Origin: an uncultured virus (IMG/VR IMGVR_UViG_2061766007_000491)
Lineage: Duplodnaviria > Heunggongvirae > Uroviricota > Caudoviricetes
Reading direction: 5' to 3' (one strand)
Virus record (IMG/VR): IMGVR_UViG_2061766007_000491
Length of the DNA: 64,000 bases
Made by a program: the position numbers and the translations under genes. Below the pieces are notes generated by a model. That model was not told the origin of the DNA, searched no databases, and worked only from the letters and a program-made list of their open reading frames with translations. Positions 18,377 through 27,725 of this stretch are shown one piece after another. Numbering within the stretch: the stretch's first letter is position 1; each line of letters opens with the position of its first letter.

Positions 18377-19399
18377 ATGCTGACACAGGAATACAGACCG
18401 AAGAGCTTTGCAGAAATGCAGGGTCAGGACATGGCGAAGAGGGTATTGCGTCATGTAGTGTTGAACCCTGATAAGAGTCCGAGAACACTGATCTTTGCGG
18501 GCGAGCGTGGTTTAGGTAAGACGACCAGCAGCAGAATACTGGCTAGAGCGTTGAACTGCGAGAGACATACAGGCGATTGCTGTAACGAATGCAAGGCGTG
18601 TAAGGCGATTTTAGAGGGAAACAGCAACCTGTATGTGGAGCTAGACAGTGCGGTTGTAGGCAACGTGGAGACGATGCGAGGGATGCGTGATAGTCTGGCA
18701 TTCTCGGTGGCTAGAGGCTACAGGGTGGTGAATCTGGACGAGACACACCTAGTGAGCAAGGCTGCCCAAGGCGCATTGTTAAAGGTATTAGAGGAATCGC
18801 CTAAAGGTGTGTTCTGGATATTATCTACAACGAACGTGGAACAGTTGTTACCCACGATAGTATCACGGGCAGTAGTGGTGAACTATGAGCTATTGACGGA
18901 TGCGCAGATGATGACGCATTTGAAGAGTGTAGCGGACAAGGAAGGTATCGTTGTTAGTGATAATGCGCTGGTCAGAGCAGCAAGGCGTGTGCATGGTCAC
19001 GTTCGGGATGGGATGCAGCAGTTGGAACTGATACGGCTGATGGGTGAGTCTGAGTATAGTAACAACATGATATTGCTTGACGAACTGTATAAAACCATGC
19101 TAGACTATTTTCTTAGAGGGGATTGCGATAAAGCAAAAGAGACCATACTGCGAATTGTCCAAGCACCAGTAGCGTACATTGAACAGGATTTTGAGTTGTT
19201 CATGCGCAGGGTAGCAGATGCGCTGTATGTAACCCAGAAAGCCAGTGACGAACGGCTGAAAGAGCTATTATCGTATTGGCTGAGGATGCACAGATATTTA
19301 AGAGATACGAATGACTGGTATCTGTTTTTAGTGGGAGTGGGTCAAGTGGTTAAGAAAAAGGAGGTAACACAGAAGTCAGTTAGCCGTTTCTCCCGATAA
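18377..19399 (+). CDS. dnaX: DNA polymerase III gamma/tau-like clamp loader AAA+ ATPase
   Basis: YRPKSF..GQ, Walker A GERGLGKTT, Zn module C..CNECKAC, LDETH, ALLKVLEE, LPTIVSR. Confidence 0.9.
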   Translation: MLTQEYRPKSFAEMQGQDMAKRVLRHVVLNPDKSPRTLIFAGERGLGKTTSSRILARALNCERHTGDCCNECKACKAILEGNSNLYVELDSAVVGNVETMRGMRDSLAFSVARGYRVVNLDETHLVSKAAQGALLKVLEESPKGVFWILSTTNVEQLLPTIVSRAVVVNYELLTDAQMMTHLKSVADKEGIVVSDNALVRAARRVHGHVRDGMQQLELIRLMGESEYSNNMILLDELYKTMLDYFLRGDCDKAKETILRIVQAPVAYIEQDFELFMRRVADALYVTQKASDERLKELLSYWLRMHRYLRDTNDWYLFLVGVGQVVKKKEVTQKSVSRFSR

Positions 19400-19402
19400 G
19401 GG

Positions 19403-19948
19403 ATGAGCAAGCATAATCTGAGCGAAGTGATTAGGGTGTTTAATGAGCATGGCCCGAACTCGAATGAGTTTGTGGTTCATGTCACGCCATATTTGAGGTA
19501 CTTGCAAGGAAGGTTGTTAGGCGGTGTGGATGAGGATTTTGAGCAAGAATGCCTTGTCCGATTGCTGGAATCGTTTGAGTATTACGATGCAGAATGCGGA
19601 ATCAACCTGGCAAGCTGGATATTTGCAGTGGTTCGGAACAAAGCAAGTAGCTGGCGAAGCAAACAGAGACGGAGAGGCAGAGAGATAGCGACAGATATAC
19701 AGGAAGAGACTGTGCCTGAGCCTGAACAAGAGGATTACGGAGAGATCGAGGAGGACATGGCACGGTGGTTTTTTGAAGGTATGCGCAGGTTAAAGGTCAA
19801 GCTGGTAACACCTAGCATAGTAGATGATACCTATAGTCTGGGCATGGAACATCCTATAACACGGAGTGTGTTATGGGATTTTAATTATAATAGCAGGTGT
19901 GATGTGATTAAGGAGCGGAGAAAACATGAAGAGCGATTTCCATTTTAG
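19403..19948 (+). CDS. sigma-70 family-like transcription factor
   Basis: DFEQECLVRLLESFEYYD...LASWIFAVVRN resembles sigma region 2. Confidence 0.6.
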   Translation: MSKHNLSEVIRVFNEHGPNSNEFVVHVTPYLRYLQGRLLGGVDEDFEQECLVRLLESFEYYDAECGINLASWIFAVVRNKASSWRSKQRRRGREIATDIQEETVPEPEQEDYGEIEEDMARWFFEGMRRLKVKLVTPSIVDDTYSLGMEHPITRSVLWDFNYNSRCDVIKERRKHEERFPF

Positions 19949-19951
19949 AGT

Positions 19952-20482
19952 ATGTTGAACAAGAAAAAATTGGGAGGCAGGTACGAGTTTCAGTTTGATA
20001 TTAGCTCGGACACGATAGCCTTGATTTATTTTGCGGAGCGTTATAGGTTTGATCTTATAACGCTTTTGCTTTTGTACGAGAAGTTTGGGCGTGATGTGTT
20101 TTACTTTTTCTTTATGCTGGCAGGGAGAAAGATCATGTTTCCGAAAGCGAATAAGTTTCTGAACATAACTGAGTTTTGCAAGAACGTAACGAGGGAGTTG
20201 TTAGAGGGTAAGCCAGCGACCATAAACAATAAAGAGTATAAGGCGGTTTACGACAGTGTGATGGATAAGGTGGTCGAGGAGAATGGAGTGAAGCGTTTTA
20301 GCCATAGCATAAGAGTATATAACAATGAAACAGGACGATTTGATTTTGAATCTCTTAGAGAGAGTGGATGTTTTGGTGAAGAGTTTGCCGAAGTTGGAGC
20401 GTGTGATGGAATCCACGATGACGACTTTGGGGACGAAGAATCTGTCTATGTTACAGACGGAGAGGTTGATGACATATTATAA
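19952..20482 (+). CDS. hypothetical protein
   Basis: 176 aa ORF. Confidence 0.65.
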   Translation: MLNKKKLGGRYEFQFDISSDTIALIYFAERYRFDLITLLLLYEKFGRDVFYFFFMLAGRKIMFPKANKFLNITEFCKNVTRELLEGKPATINNKEYKAVYDSVMDKVVEENGVKRFSHSIRVYNNETGRFDFESLRESGCFGEEFAEVGACDGIHDDDFGDEESVYVTDGEVDDIL

Positions 20483-20654
20483 GGAAATGTTTAGCTTTTA
20501 TAACACGACACTGACCACGTTAAGCAAGGTGTTAGTGAGTGTGAGTCCGACAGCGACATTTGAAGAGAGGGAACTGGTTAAGACGTTCAGGGGGTTGGAC
20601 TGGAAGGAAAAGCAAAAGCTATTCAGGTTATTGGAGGCAGTGAAAGATGAGTGA
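20325..20654 (+). CDS. hypothetical protein
   Basis: 109 aa ORF overlapping the upstream gene and abutting the downstream one. Confidence 0.55.
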   Translation: MKQDDLILNLLERVDVLVKSLPKLERVMESTMTTLGTKNLSMLQTERLMTYYKEMFSFYNTTLTTLSKVLVSVSPTATFEERELVKTFRGLDWKEKQKLFRLLEAVKDE

Positions 20655-21108
20655 AGAGAACGAGATACAGCAGATAGAACTGCGCTTTGAGGATTTAAGT
20701 ACCAGCATAGCCGATGAGATCAGTGGGATGCGGGCAATGGATAAGGTCATGGATAATCTGGATAAGATGTTATTTGACCCTGAGTTTTTGCAGACGTGCA
20801 AGACCGAAGAGCTTTGTGCGATATATAACTGTGCTTTGAAGAGGAAGAGTATCAGCCATAATTTTATCTTTAAGATGATAGATGTGGGGATGAAAACCAG
20901 TCTATTGAATCGGTTGTTTAAGCTGGATGATGTGGTGAAGCAAGAGGAACCTGTGGGGGTACAAGCGAATGCCAGCAAGGAACTGATCGAGGCGAAGGAT
21001 ATAGTGAAGGGTATCTTGGACGCACGGTTTAAGGGTGGTCAGGGAGTAGAGCAAACACTGATCGAGGATGTACTGAGTAACGATGAGCTTGAATCAAAGC
21101 CAGAATGA
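20647..21108 (+). CDS. putative terminase small subunit
   Basis: Size and position directly upstream of TerL only. Confidence 0.4.
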   Translation: MSEENEIQQIELRFEDLSTSIADEISGMRAMDKVMDNLDKMLFDPEFLQTCKTEELCAIYNCALKRKSISHNFIFKMIDVGMKTSLLNRLFKLDDVVKQEEPVGVQANASKELIEAKDIVKGILDARFKGGQGVEQTLIEDVLSNDELESKPE

Positions 21109-22963
21109 CCGATTAAAAGAACTAGCATCCAAGCTGAGTATTAGCGAACTGGATGATCTGTTATTTGAAGCGGATAAGGATGCTTATGAGGAACGGCCTG
21201 TACCGATACAGACGTTTTTAGAGGATGACGCTTTTCTGGGTGAAGTGATAGGCAAGGTGGTTTATCCGTTTTGGAGGAACCATTTATATAGTATATTCCC
21301 GACTACGTTTTACAGTCCGTACACGGAAGTGATAGCAAGTCTGCCGATTGGTGCTGGTAAGACGACACTGAGCAACATAAGTATCTTGTACGAGATACAT
21401 AAGTTGTTGTGTTTGAAGAATCCGCAGACCTTTTACGGTATTTATCCAGCGGGTTTGGGTATAGCATTTGTGCTATTTTCCAGTGTGAAGTATCTAGCGG
21501 ATGACGTGAACTGGAAGGGGTTAAAATCCATGATGGAGTTGAGTCCCTGGTTTAAGAGGCATATCCCTGAGCTACACTTGGATAAAGAGAACATGAGTGT
21601 GTATCTCAATAAGAATGTGTATATCCAGCTAGGTTCAAGCAGTACACAGGCGTTAGGCAGGGCTATCTTTGGCGGTGTATTGGATGAAGCGAACTTTGCG
21701 AGGGGCAAGAGCGTGGACACGGCAGCGGAGAATTACAGTGCTATTCTGAGACGTATGGAGTCACGTTTCATGCAGAGGGGTGGGTCAATACCAGGCAAGT
21801 TGTTTTTGGTATCGTCACCGAGGTTTGCAACGGACTTTTTGAGCAAGCGCATGGAAGAGAGTAGGGCGGTGTCGAGAACGTATGTGATTAAGGACACGCC
21901 TATCTGGGAGGTTCGGAAAGGGTCAATGAAAGACCATTTCAGTGGTGAGACATTCCCTGTGTTTCTGGGCAGTGAGACAAAAGACCCCAGAGTGCTTGCT
22001 AAGAGCGGTGTAGTGGAAGGGCCACACATTATTCAAGTGCCTGTAGAGTTTTACGAGACGTTTGAGAGTGACTTATTCTCGGCGATCAGGGACGTTGCAG
22101 GTGCGCCTGTAATGGGTGCTGTGAACCTGTTTAAGAGTGTGGAGAAGCTACGGAGAATGGCGGTGATACCGAACAGGTTTACAAAGGAAGTGGTGGAGTT
22201 GGACTTCAAGAACCCGCTTGATACGATAGCGAGGTATGCGGATATGGAGTATTTTAAGAACCCACAGCATCCAGAGTGTATGCGCTGGCTGCACTTGGAT
22301 ATGGGTTTAAGGAACGACAGACTAGGATTAGCTGCGGTGTATGCGTTAGCGGATGAACCGAATTTGGAGGGTATGCCTGTGGACGAGTACGGTGTGCCAC
22401 AGATCAGGTCGTTCAAGGACAGGAAGTTTTACATGGATTGGGTGCTGTATGTCAAGGCCAAGAACGGTGAGGAAGTGCCGATATATAAGATAAGGGATTG
22501 GATTCTGTTATTGAAGCATATTGGTTATCCGTTAAAGAAGGTGACGACAGACCAGTTCCAGAGCAGCGATTTAAGACAGCAGTTGGTATTGCAGGGTATT
22601 GAGACGGATATGCAGTCTGTAGATAAGACAAAAGCACCGTACTTAGGTGTTAAGAATGCGGTAAACAGTGAACGTCTATATTTAATTGACCATCCTATTT
22701 TGATTCAGGAATTGCGTGAGTTAAAAGAGGATGACAAGAAAATAGATCACCCTGTTATGGGAAGCAAGGACGGTGCGGATGCTTTGGCAGGTGCGTTTTG
22801 GGGGTGTTTGAATGCTTTGGTGATATATAACCAGTTGTATCAGCCAAAGGAACCTATACAGACAGGCGGGGTATTATCGAGCTTATTTGAAGGGGAATGG
22901 CAGAAGCAGAGGAAAAAGAACAATTCATGGGTGAAGTTTATGGAGCAGGGCAATAACTGGTAG
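21083..22963 (+). CDS. terL: terminase large subunit
   Basis: Walker A IGAGKTT, Walker B GVLDEA, RNase H-like HLDMG..ND, C-terminal DHP..GSKD.ADA. Confidence 0.9.
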   Translation: MSLNQSQNDRLKELASKLSISELDDLLFEADKDAYEERPVPIQTFLEDDAFLGEVIGKVVYPFWRNHLYSIFPTTFYSPYTEVIASLPIGAGKTTLSNISILYEIHKLLCLKNPQTFYGIYPAGLGIAFVLFSSVKYLADDVNWKGLKSMMELSPWFKRHIPELHLDKENMSVYLNKNVYIQLGSSSTQALGRAIFGGVLDEANFARGKSVDTAAENYSAILRRMESRFMQRGGSIPGKLFLVSSPRFATDFLSKRMEESRAVSRTYVIKDTPIWEVRKGSMKDHFSGETFPVFLGSETKDPRVLAKSGVVEGPHIIQVPVEFYETFESDLFSAIRDVAGAPVMGAVNLFKSVEKLRRMAVIPNRFTKEVVELDFKNPLDTIARYADMEYFKNPQHPECMRWLHLDMGLRNDRLGLAAVYALADEPNLEGMPVDEYGVPQIRSFKDRKFYMDWVLYVKAKNGEEVPIYKIRDWILLLKHIGYPLKKVTTDQFQSSDLRQQLVLQGIETDMQSVDKTKAPYLGVKNAVNSERLYLIDHPILIQELRELKEDDKKIDHPVMGSKDGADALAGAFWGCLNALVIYNQLYQPKEPIQTGGVLSSLFEGEWQKQRKKNNSWVKFMEQGNNW

Positions 22964-22972
22964 GATTTTGAT

Positions 22973-24844
22973 ATGGCAGATAACATCTTTGGGAATAAAG
23001 TAGGGAACAACATTGCTATAGACAGTGCGCAGTTGGACTATGACGTGACGAAGCGACCTGAGAGCTTGACGCAGAGGTTGATACAGGCTGCGAACTATAA
23101 TCAACGCCAGAGAACGCCTTTTGTGCATCGGGATTGGAGGGACGGAAGAGACAGGGAGAGAACGGCTGCATTAGTGGAAGGGTTTATCGGTGTACTGAAC
23201 ACAAGGGTAGGTTTGATTAAGACGTATGAGAGTCTGAGGAACCTGGACGTGGTTCAGACGATATTGGATGTGGTTCAGGATGATGGGTTTAACAGTTCCC
23301 AAGAGCCAGAGGTGTTCACGGTGTACTATGAGCCTGAGAAGAGTGAGGACGAGATTGAATTTAATGATGGGAAGGAGGAAGAGGCATATATCAGTGATGT
23401 GGAAGAGGATAATAAGGAAGAGGATGAACTGGTAGAGAAAATCAATGAGGAGATAAGTGCCTTTGTGGAGAATGTGGGGTTAGTTGATTTTGTAACGAAT
23501 AACCTAGAGGACATTCTGTTATACGGTGAATACCCGTTTAGAATCGTGTGTCAGGAGGGCAGAGGTGTTACTGCGATTGTGGATGATGTTGACCCTGCGA
23601 GTGTGATAGCGTTTTATGAGGGTGCATTTCCTAAGTTTTTCATTGAGAGGATAGGCAACGCAGTGGTGATACGTTCGACAGAGGAAATGGGTCACTTCTG
23701 TCTGGACAGTAGGAAAATCCGTATAAAGATAACGGACTTAAAGAGTAAGATACCAGAGGTCGTACCTGAGTATGTGAGGGTGGGTCGCAGTATTATATAC
23801 CAAGCCATAAGTAAGCTGAAACGCTTGCAAGTGTTTGAAATGGCTGCGGTTGCGGATGCGTTGAAAAAGATTTTAACCCCTATTTTGGTGGGTGTGGGTG
23901 TGCCAGCAGCAGCGACACCGCAAGACACGGCTGACATTGTTAAGAAGTATGAGATTGAGTTAGCAGCACCGAGTACACCGAATGCGACTGACCCAGGCAG
24001 TTTTACGTTTTATGACATCTTTGAGTTAGTGGGCAGGGTGAAGGTGTTACCGAACTTTTCCGATGGTAAAGGTACGGTAGGCACAGTGGATATAACGACA
24101 GGGCAACAGCAAGCGGATGTGGATGCGAAGGAGGACAGACTGAGGCTGGCGATTGCTAAGGCGTGTGGCATACCGAGCTATTACATTGCGCTGACTGAGG
24201 ACAACGGACAGAGCAAGCTCGAAACATTGAAGGTGTTTAGCCGTTACAGTAGGAGACTGACGACTATACAGACATCCATTTCGGATGGGATTAGGCGGTT
24301 AGTGAGTACGCATTTGAGCATGAAAGGTCTAGCGGTGAGGGCAAAGAATATCAAGGTACGGTTTAAGTCTTTGGTGAACATGGACTTGCTGGATAGCGTG
24401 GAGTATACGGCTGCCAGTGTGGACATTATGAATGACCTGTTTAGTGCTTTGGAAACGATTGTGAGCAGTGATAACAGCAAACTAAGGATGAATCCTGAGA
24501 AGTTGCTGAACCTGCTGAATACGTTTTTGTCTCCTATGGCGGGTGCGGAAGGTGTGCTGGAATTGGATGAGGATAAGATGCTGGGTCAAGGAGACGACAT
24601 GATGAGTGGCGGTGATATGGGTATGGGCGGTGCTGACTTTGGTGGTGCGGATAATACGTTTGGCGGTGGGGGTGGAGACTTTGGAGGGGGTGGAATGGAT
24701 TTAGGCGGTGGATTGGACTTGGGGACTGATACAGGGAGTGCCAGCCCAGAGGAACAGGGCAGTATGGACTTGACCAGTGGCCCGTTACCGTTGCCACAGG
24801 GCGGTGAGAGTACACCTGGGCCAAGTGATCGGTTACAGATTTAG
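22973..24844 (+). CDS. portal protein
   Basis: Follows TerL; 623 aa; LLYGE, GRSI and GIP.YY motifs; Gly/Asp-rich tail. Confidence 0.8.
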   Translation: MADNIFGNKVGNNIAIDSAQLDYDVTKRPESLTQRLIQAANYNQRQRTPFVHRDWRDGRDRERTAALVEGFIGVLNTRVGLIKTYESLRNLDVVQTILDVVQDDGFNSSQEPEVFTVYYEPEKSEDEIEFNDGKEEEAYISDVEEDNKEEDELVEKINEEISAFVENVGLVDFVTNNLEDILLYGEYPFRIVCQEGRGVTAIVDDVDPASVIAFYEGAFPKFFIERIGNAVVIRSTEEMGHFCLDSRKIRIKITDLKSKIPEVVPEYVRVGRSIIYQAISKLKRLQVFEMAAVADALKKILTPILVGVGVPAAATPQDTADIVKKYEIELAAPSTPNATDPGSFTFYDIFELVGRVKVLPNFSDGKGTVGTVDITTGQQQADVDAKEDRLRLAIAKACGIPSYYIALTEDNGQSKLETLKVFSRYSRRLTTIQTSISDGIRRLVSTHLSMKGLAVRAKNIKVRFKSLVNMDLLDSVEYTAASVDIMNDLFSALETIVSSDNSKLRMNPEKLLNLLNTFLSPMAGAEGVLELDEDKMLGQGDDMMSGGDMGMGGADFGGADNTFGGGGGDFGGGGMDLGGGLDLGTDTGSASPEEQGSMDLTSGPLPLPQGGESTPGPSDRLQI

Positions 24845-24856
24845 TAAGGAATAAAT

Positions 24857-25450
24857 ATGCGGTTCAATAGCAGAGAAGATAAAGTGTTAGCTGAGGCTTT
24901 CTACGGCAAAGTTTCAGCTAGGCAGATGGACGAAGTGTTCTTAAAGAACCAAGGCGACTATGTGAACAGAGCTAGGGAGTGGAAACGCTCACAGGCAACC
25001 AAAGGCGCATGGAGAAAGAACAGACAACACTTTATGCAGGGCATTCACCGTGCTATGCGTAAAGATCAAGGGAAGTTGTTAAGGACTTCCATTGTGGATG
25101 ACATTAAAAACGCTATTAAAGCGGAGAATAAACAGACGGATACGGTCAGTATGGGGTTAGTGGAGTATAAACGCTATGAGTTTATGCGGAAGTTGACCCT
25201 GTTAGAGTACCTGATGCAAAAAGAAGCCACCTATTTTAGACTGGAAGAGAGTTATGTGGACGTGTCTCTGGCGGTGGAAGAGTTCACTAAGGCTAAAGCT
25301 ATAGTGGATTATTGCCTATTAGAGAAAAAAGACGTGCCAAAACAGGCATTGGATATGATTTTAACTGTTTGTGGCGCAGATACAGTGTCGGAATGCTTGA
25401 ATAAGACCGTTGCAGAGAGTGATTGCTTGGTAGATTGCTTTTTTTCGTAA
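24857..25450 (+). CDS. hypothetical head-module protein
   Basis: 197 aa; basic segment; lies between portal and protease. Confidence 0.65.
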   Translation: MRFNSREDKVLAEAFYGKVSARQMDEVFLKNQGDYVNRAREWKRSQATKGAWRKNRQHFMQGIHRAMRKDQGKLLRTSIVDDIKNAIKAENKQTDTVSMGLVEYKRYEFMRKLTLLEYLMQKEATYFRLEESYVDVSLAVEEFTKAKAIVDYCLLEKKDVPKQALDMILTVCGADTVSECLNKTVAESDCLVDCFFS

Positions 25451-25506
25451 GTGTTTCTCTATATTACAGACGAAGCTACGAAAATAGCTGGTAGGAGCCT
25501 TATTTT

Positions 25507-26274
25507 ATGGCAAAATTAGACAGACTAGAGAATCTTTTGCATGAATGGAATGACAGTGCGGTGGACTTGTTAAACCCAAGCTCGTTAAGCACTAAAATCT
25601 ATTCAGAGGAAGATCCCTTGACCCAGAGCGGGCAAATAATTCTCGGACAAGGAGATAAGACAGGAAGTGCCGACCTCGTTGTGCCTGATGATGTGGTGGA
25701 TGTATTGAAGAGTCAGGAACAGGAGAAGGGGATTGGCAAAGGGTTTATGTCGTTTTTGAAAACCACGTTCAAAGAGTTGGACGTGGATGAGGTTTCCTAT
25801 AATAACGAGAAGCAGGGTGGCAGTTATTTTGACATGGTATTCCCTGGGAACCGTGTTGTATCTGTGAGTGTGTGGGGTGAAGAGGGCGATCAGAAGTTAG
25901 CGGTCATTTATAAGCTGGAAGAGGATGAACGTGAGATTGAAGTGAAGGACTTGAAAGAGGGTTGCTTCAAGGATGACGGTGATGTGAATGCTGACGTGTT
26001 CCCTGCGGACTGGCTGGTCGCTAAGGTGAAGGAAGTCTTGGACGGTATGGATAAGGAAGCCGAGGAAGAGGAGGATGAAGAGGAAGGTTTTGACTTTGAT
26101 GATGCCTTTAATGACGAGGAACCAGAGCAGAACGAGCCTGAGACCGAAACTGAGCCAGAGCCGTTCGGTGCGGATAAAGAGGAAGAGGAAAGACGGAACA
26201 GACCAGAGGAAAGCAAATACAGACTGCTTCGTTATGGTGGCATGAGCATTTTACAAGAAAAGAAAGGTGAATAA
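25507..26274 (+). CDS. acidic prohead core-like protein
   Basis: 255 aa; LDRLENLLHE leader; position in head module. Confidence 0.55.
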   Translation: MAKLDRLENLLHEWNDSAVDLLNPSSLSTKIYSEEDPLTQSGQIILGQGDKTGSADLVVPDDVVDVLKSQEQEKGIGKGFMSFLKTTFKELDVDEVSYNNEKQGGSYFDMVFPGNRVVSVSVWGEEGDQKLAVIYKLEEDEREIEVKDLKEGCFKDDGDVNADVFPADWLVAKVKEVLDGMDKEAEEEEDEEEGFDFDDAFNDEEPEQNEPETETEPEPFGADKEEEERRNRPEESKYRLLRYGGMSILQEKKGE

Positions 26275-27701
26275 TGAGTGATATTAAGCCTTTAGTAGAT
26301 TTGTGGGAGTGTAAAGGTGAAACATGGAGCCTTACCGAAAAGATGGAAGGTAACAGTGAAGTGGACGGTAAGATCATTCTGGGCAGGGTACAAGGCCCGA
26401 TGTTTGTACCGAATGGAACGAGCGAGAACGAACGCTTTTATCCGAAGTCACTTTGGGAGAAGGTGCTTTCTAACAAAGAACTACAGGACAGGCTTAGTAA
26501 ACGCTTAGTGTATGGAAAGATTGGACATGAGGATAAGCCCGTTACAGAAGATGACCTTGAAAAAGGAAGGGTCAGCCACATTATCACAAAGATGTGGATT
26601 GATGAGTCTGGTAAGGGCATGGGTGAAGCTCTTATTTTGGGTACTGATGCAGGTCGGAACCTATACACTTACCTGAAAGCGGGCAGCAAGTTAAAACCCA
26701 GCACAAGGGCAAACGGAAGGTATCTGGAAGGACAGACACATGAAGGTATGCCTATTGTGGACGAGAATAACTATATTTTTGAGACGGTTGATTTTGTTCT
26801 CACCCCTGGCTTTAGAGAGGTAGATACAAAATTGGTAGAGAATTTGAACGGTAAACTTAAATTTAAGAAACCTATGAACAGCGAACAGGAAAACAAGGTA
26901 TTGAGCGAGATGATTGAATCTCGTGTCAAGCTGCAAGGCGATCTGAAAACTGCTCTTGATGAGAGCAAGAAAGCTCGCCTGACAGCGAAGCGGTTGCAAG
27001 AAAGCAGGGATAACTACAAGAATCAGTTAGTGGAATCCCGTAAAACTATTACAAGTTTGCAACAGAAGGGCAAGGCTGTGTGTGAAAGTGCAACGGCTTT
27101 GCAGAAGAAGTACAATACACTGGTTAAAAAATATCAGGCTTATAAGAAGCTCGGTGAATGCGCTGACATTGAACAGATGCAGAGAGACAACCAGGAATAT
27201 CGTAACTTCTTTGAAGGTTTGAAAGACCCCGATATTACAGCGCAACGTATCACCAAGATGGCTGAGGAACTGCGCAGGTATCGTGAGATTGGCACACCTG
27301 AACAGATTGAACGGGTTGCCACACTGTGCGAGAAGAAGCTGAAAGAATACAAAGCTCTGGGTACTCCCGAAGAGATCAGCAGGGTTACTTCTCAAGCGGA
27401 AGGTCTGATTAGGAAATTTGTAGCTCAAGGACGCAGACGTGAACTGACCGCTAAGGTCGAGTCTTGCTCCAAGAAATACAATCTGCCTGTGGAAGATGTG
27501 CGCTCTATTGTAGAGTCCAACATGACTGGCAAGAATAAGAAAGCTCTGCTGGAATCTATGTCCAGTAGGCGCAATAACAGGGTTGTCCAAGTGAGCGAAA
27601 AAGCCACCAAACAGCCTAAGAGCTTTGCGGACTCTGTGCTTTGTGAAGGTAAGAGCCGTGCGTGTGCCGTGTTCAGAAACATGGGCGGGTTTAACAAGTA
27701 A
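26274..27701 (+). CDS. prohead protease (T4 gp21-like) fused to a coiled-coil scaffold region
   Basis: N.R.YP, G.IGH, VSH, GT.AGR, STRA.G and VDFVLTPGF motifs; long helical C-terminal half. Confidence 0.85.
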   Translation: MSDIKPLVDLWECKGETWSLTEKMEGNSEVDGKIILGRVQGPMFVPNGTSENERFYPKSLWEKVLSNKELQDRLSKRLVYGKIGHEDKPVTEDDLEKGRVSHIITKMWIDESGKGMGEALILGTDAGRNLYTYLKAGSKLKPSTRANGRYLEGQTHEGMPIVDENNYIFETVDFVLTPGFREVDTKLVENLNGKLKFKKPMNSEQENKVLSEMIESRVKLQGDLKTALDESKKARLTAKRLQESRDNYKNQLVESRKTITSLQQKGKAVCESATALQKKYNTLVKKYQAYKKLGECADIEQMQRDNQEYRNFFEGLKDPDITAQRITKMAEELRRYREIGTPEQIERVATLCEKKLKEYKALGTPEEISRVTSQAEGLIRKFVAQGRRRELTAKVESCSKKYNLPVEDVRSIVESNMTGKNKKALLESMSSRRNNRVVQVSEKATKQPKSFADSVLCEGKSRACAVFRNMGGFNK

Positions 27702-27725
27702 AAAAATGATAAGGAATTACGAAGT

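Noticed and set aside
24580..24844. Gly/Asp/Met-rich repeats at the portal C-terminus
   Set aside because: Low-complexity tails like this are common on large-phage portals
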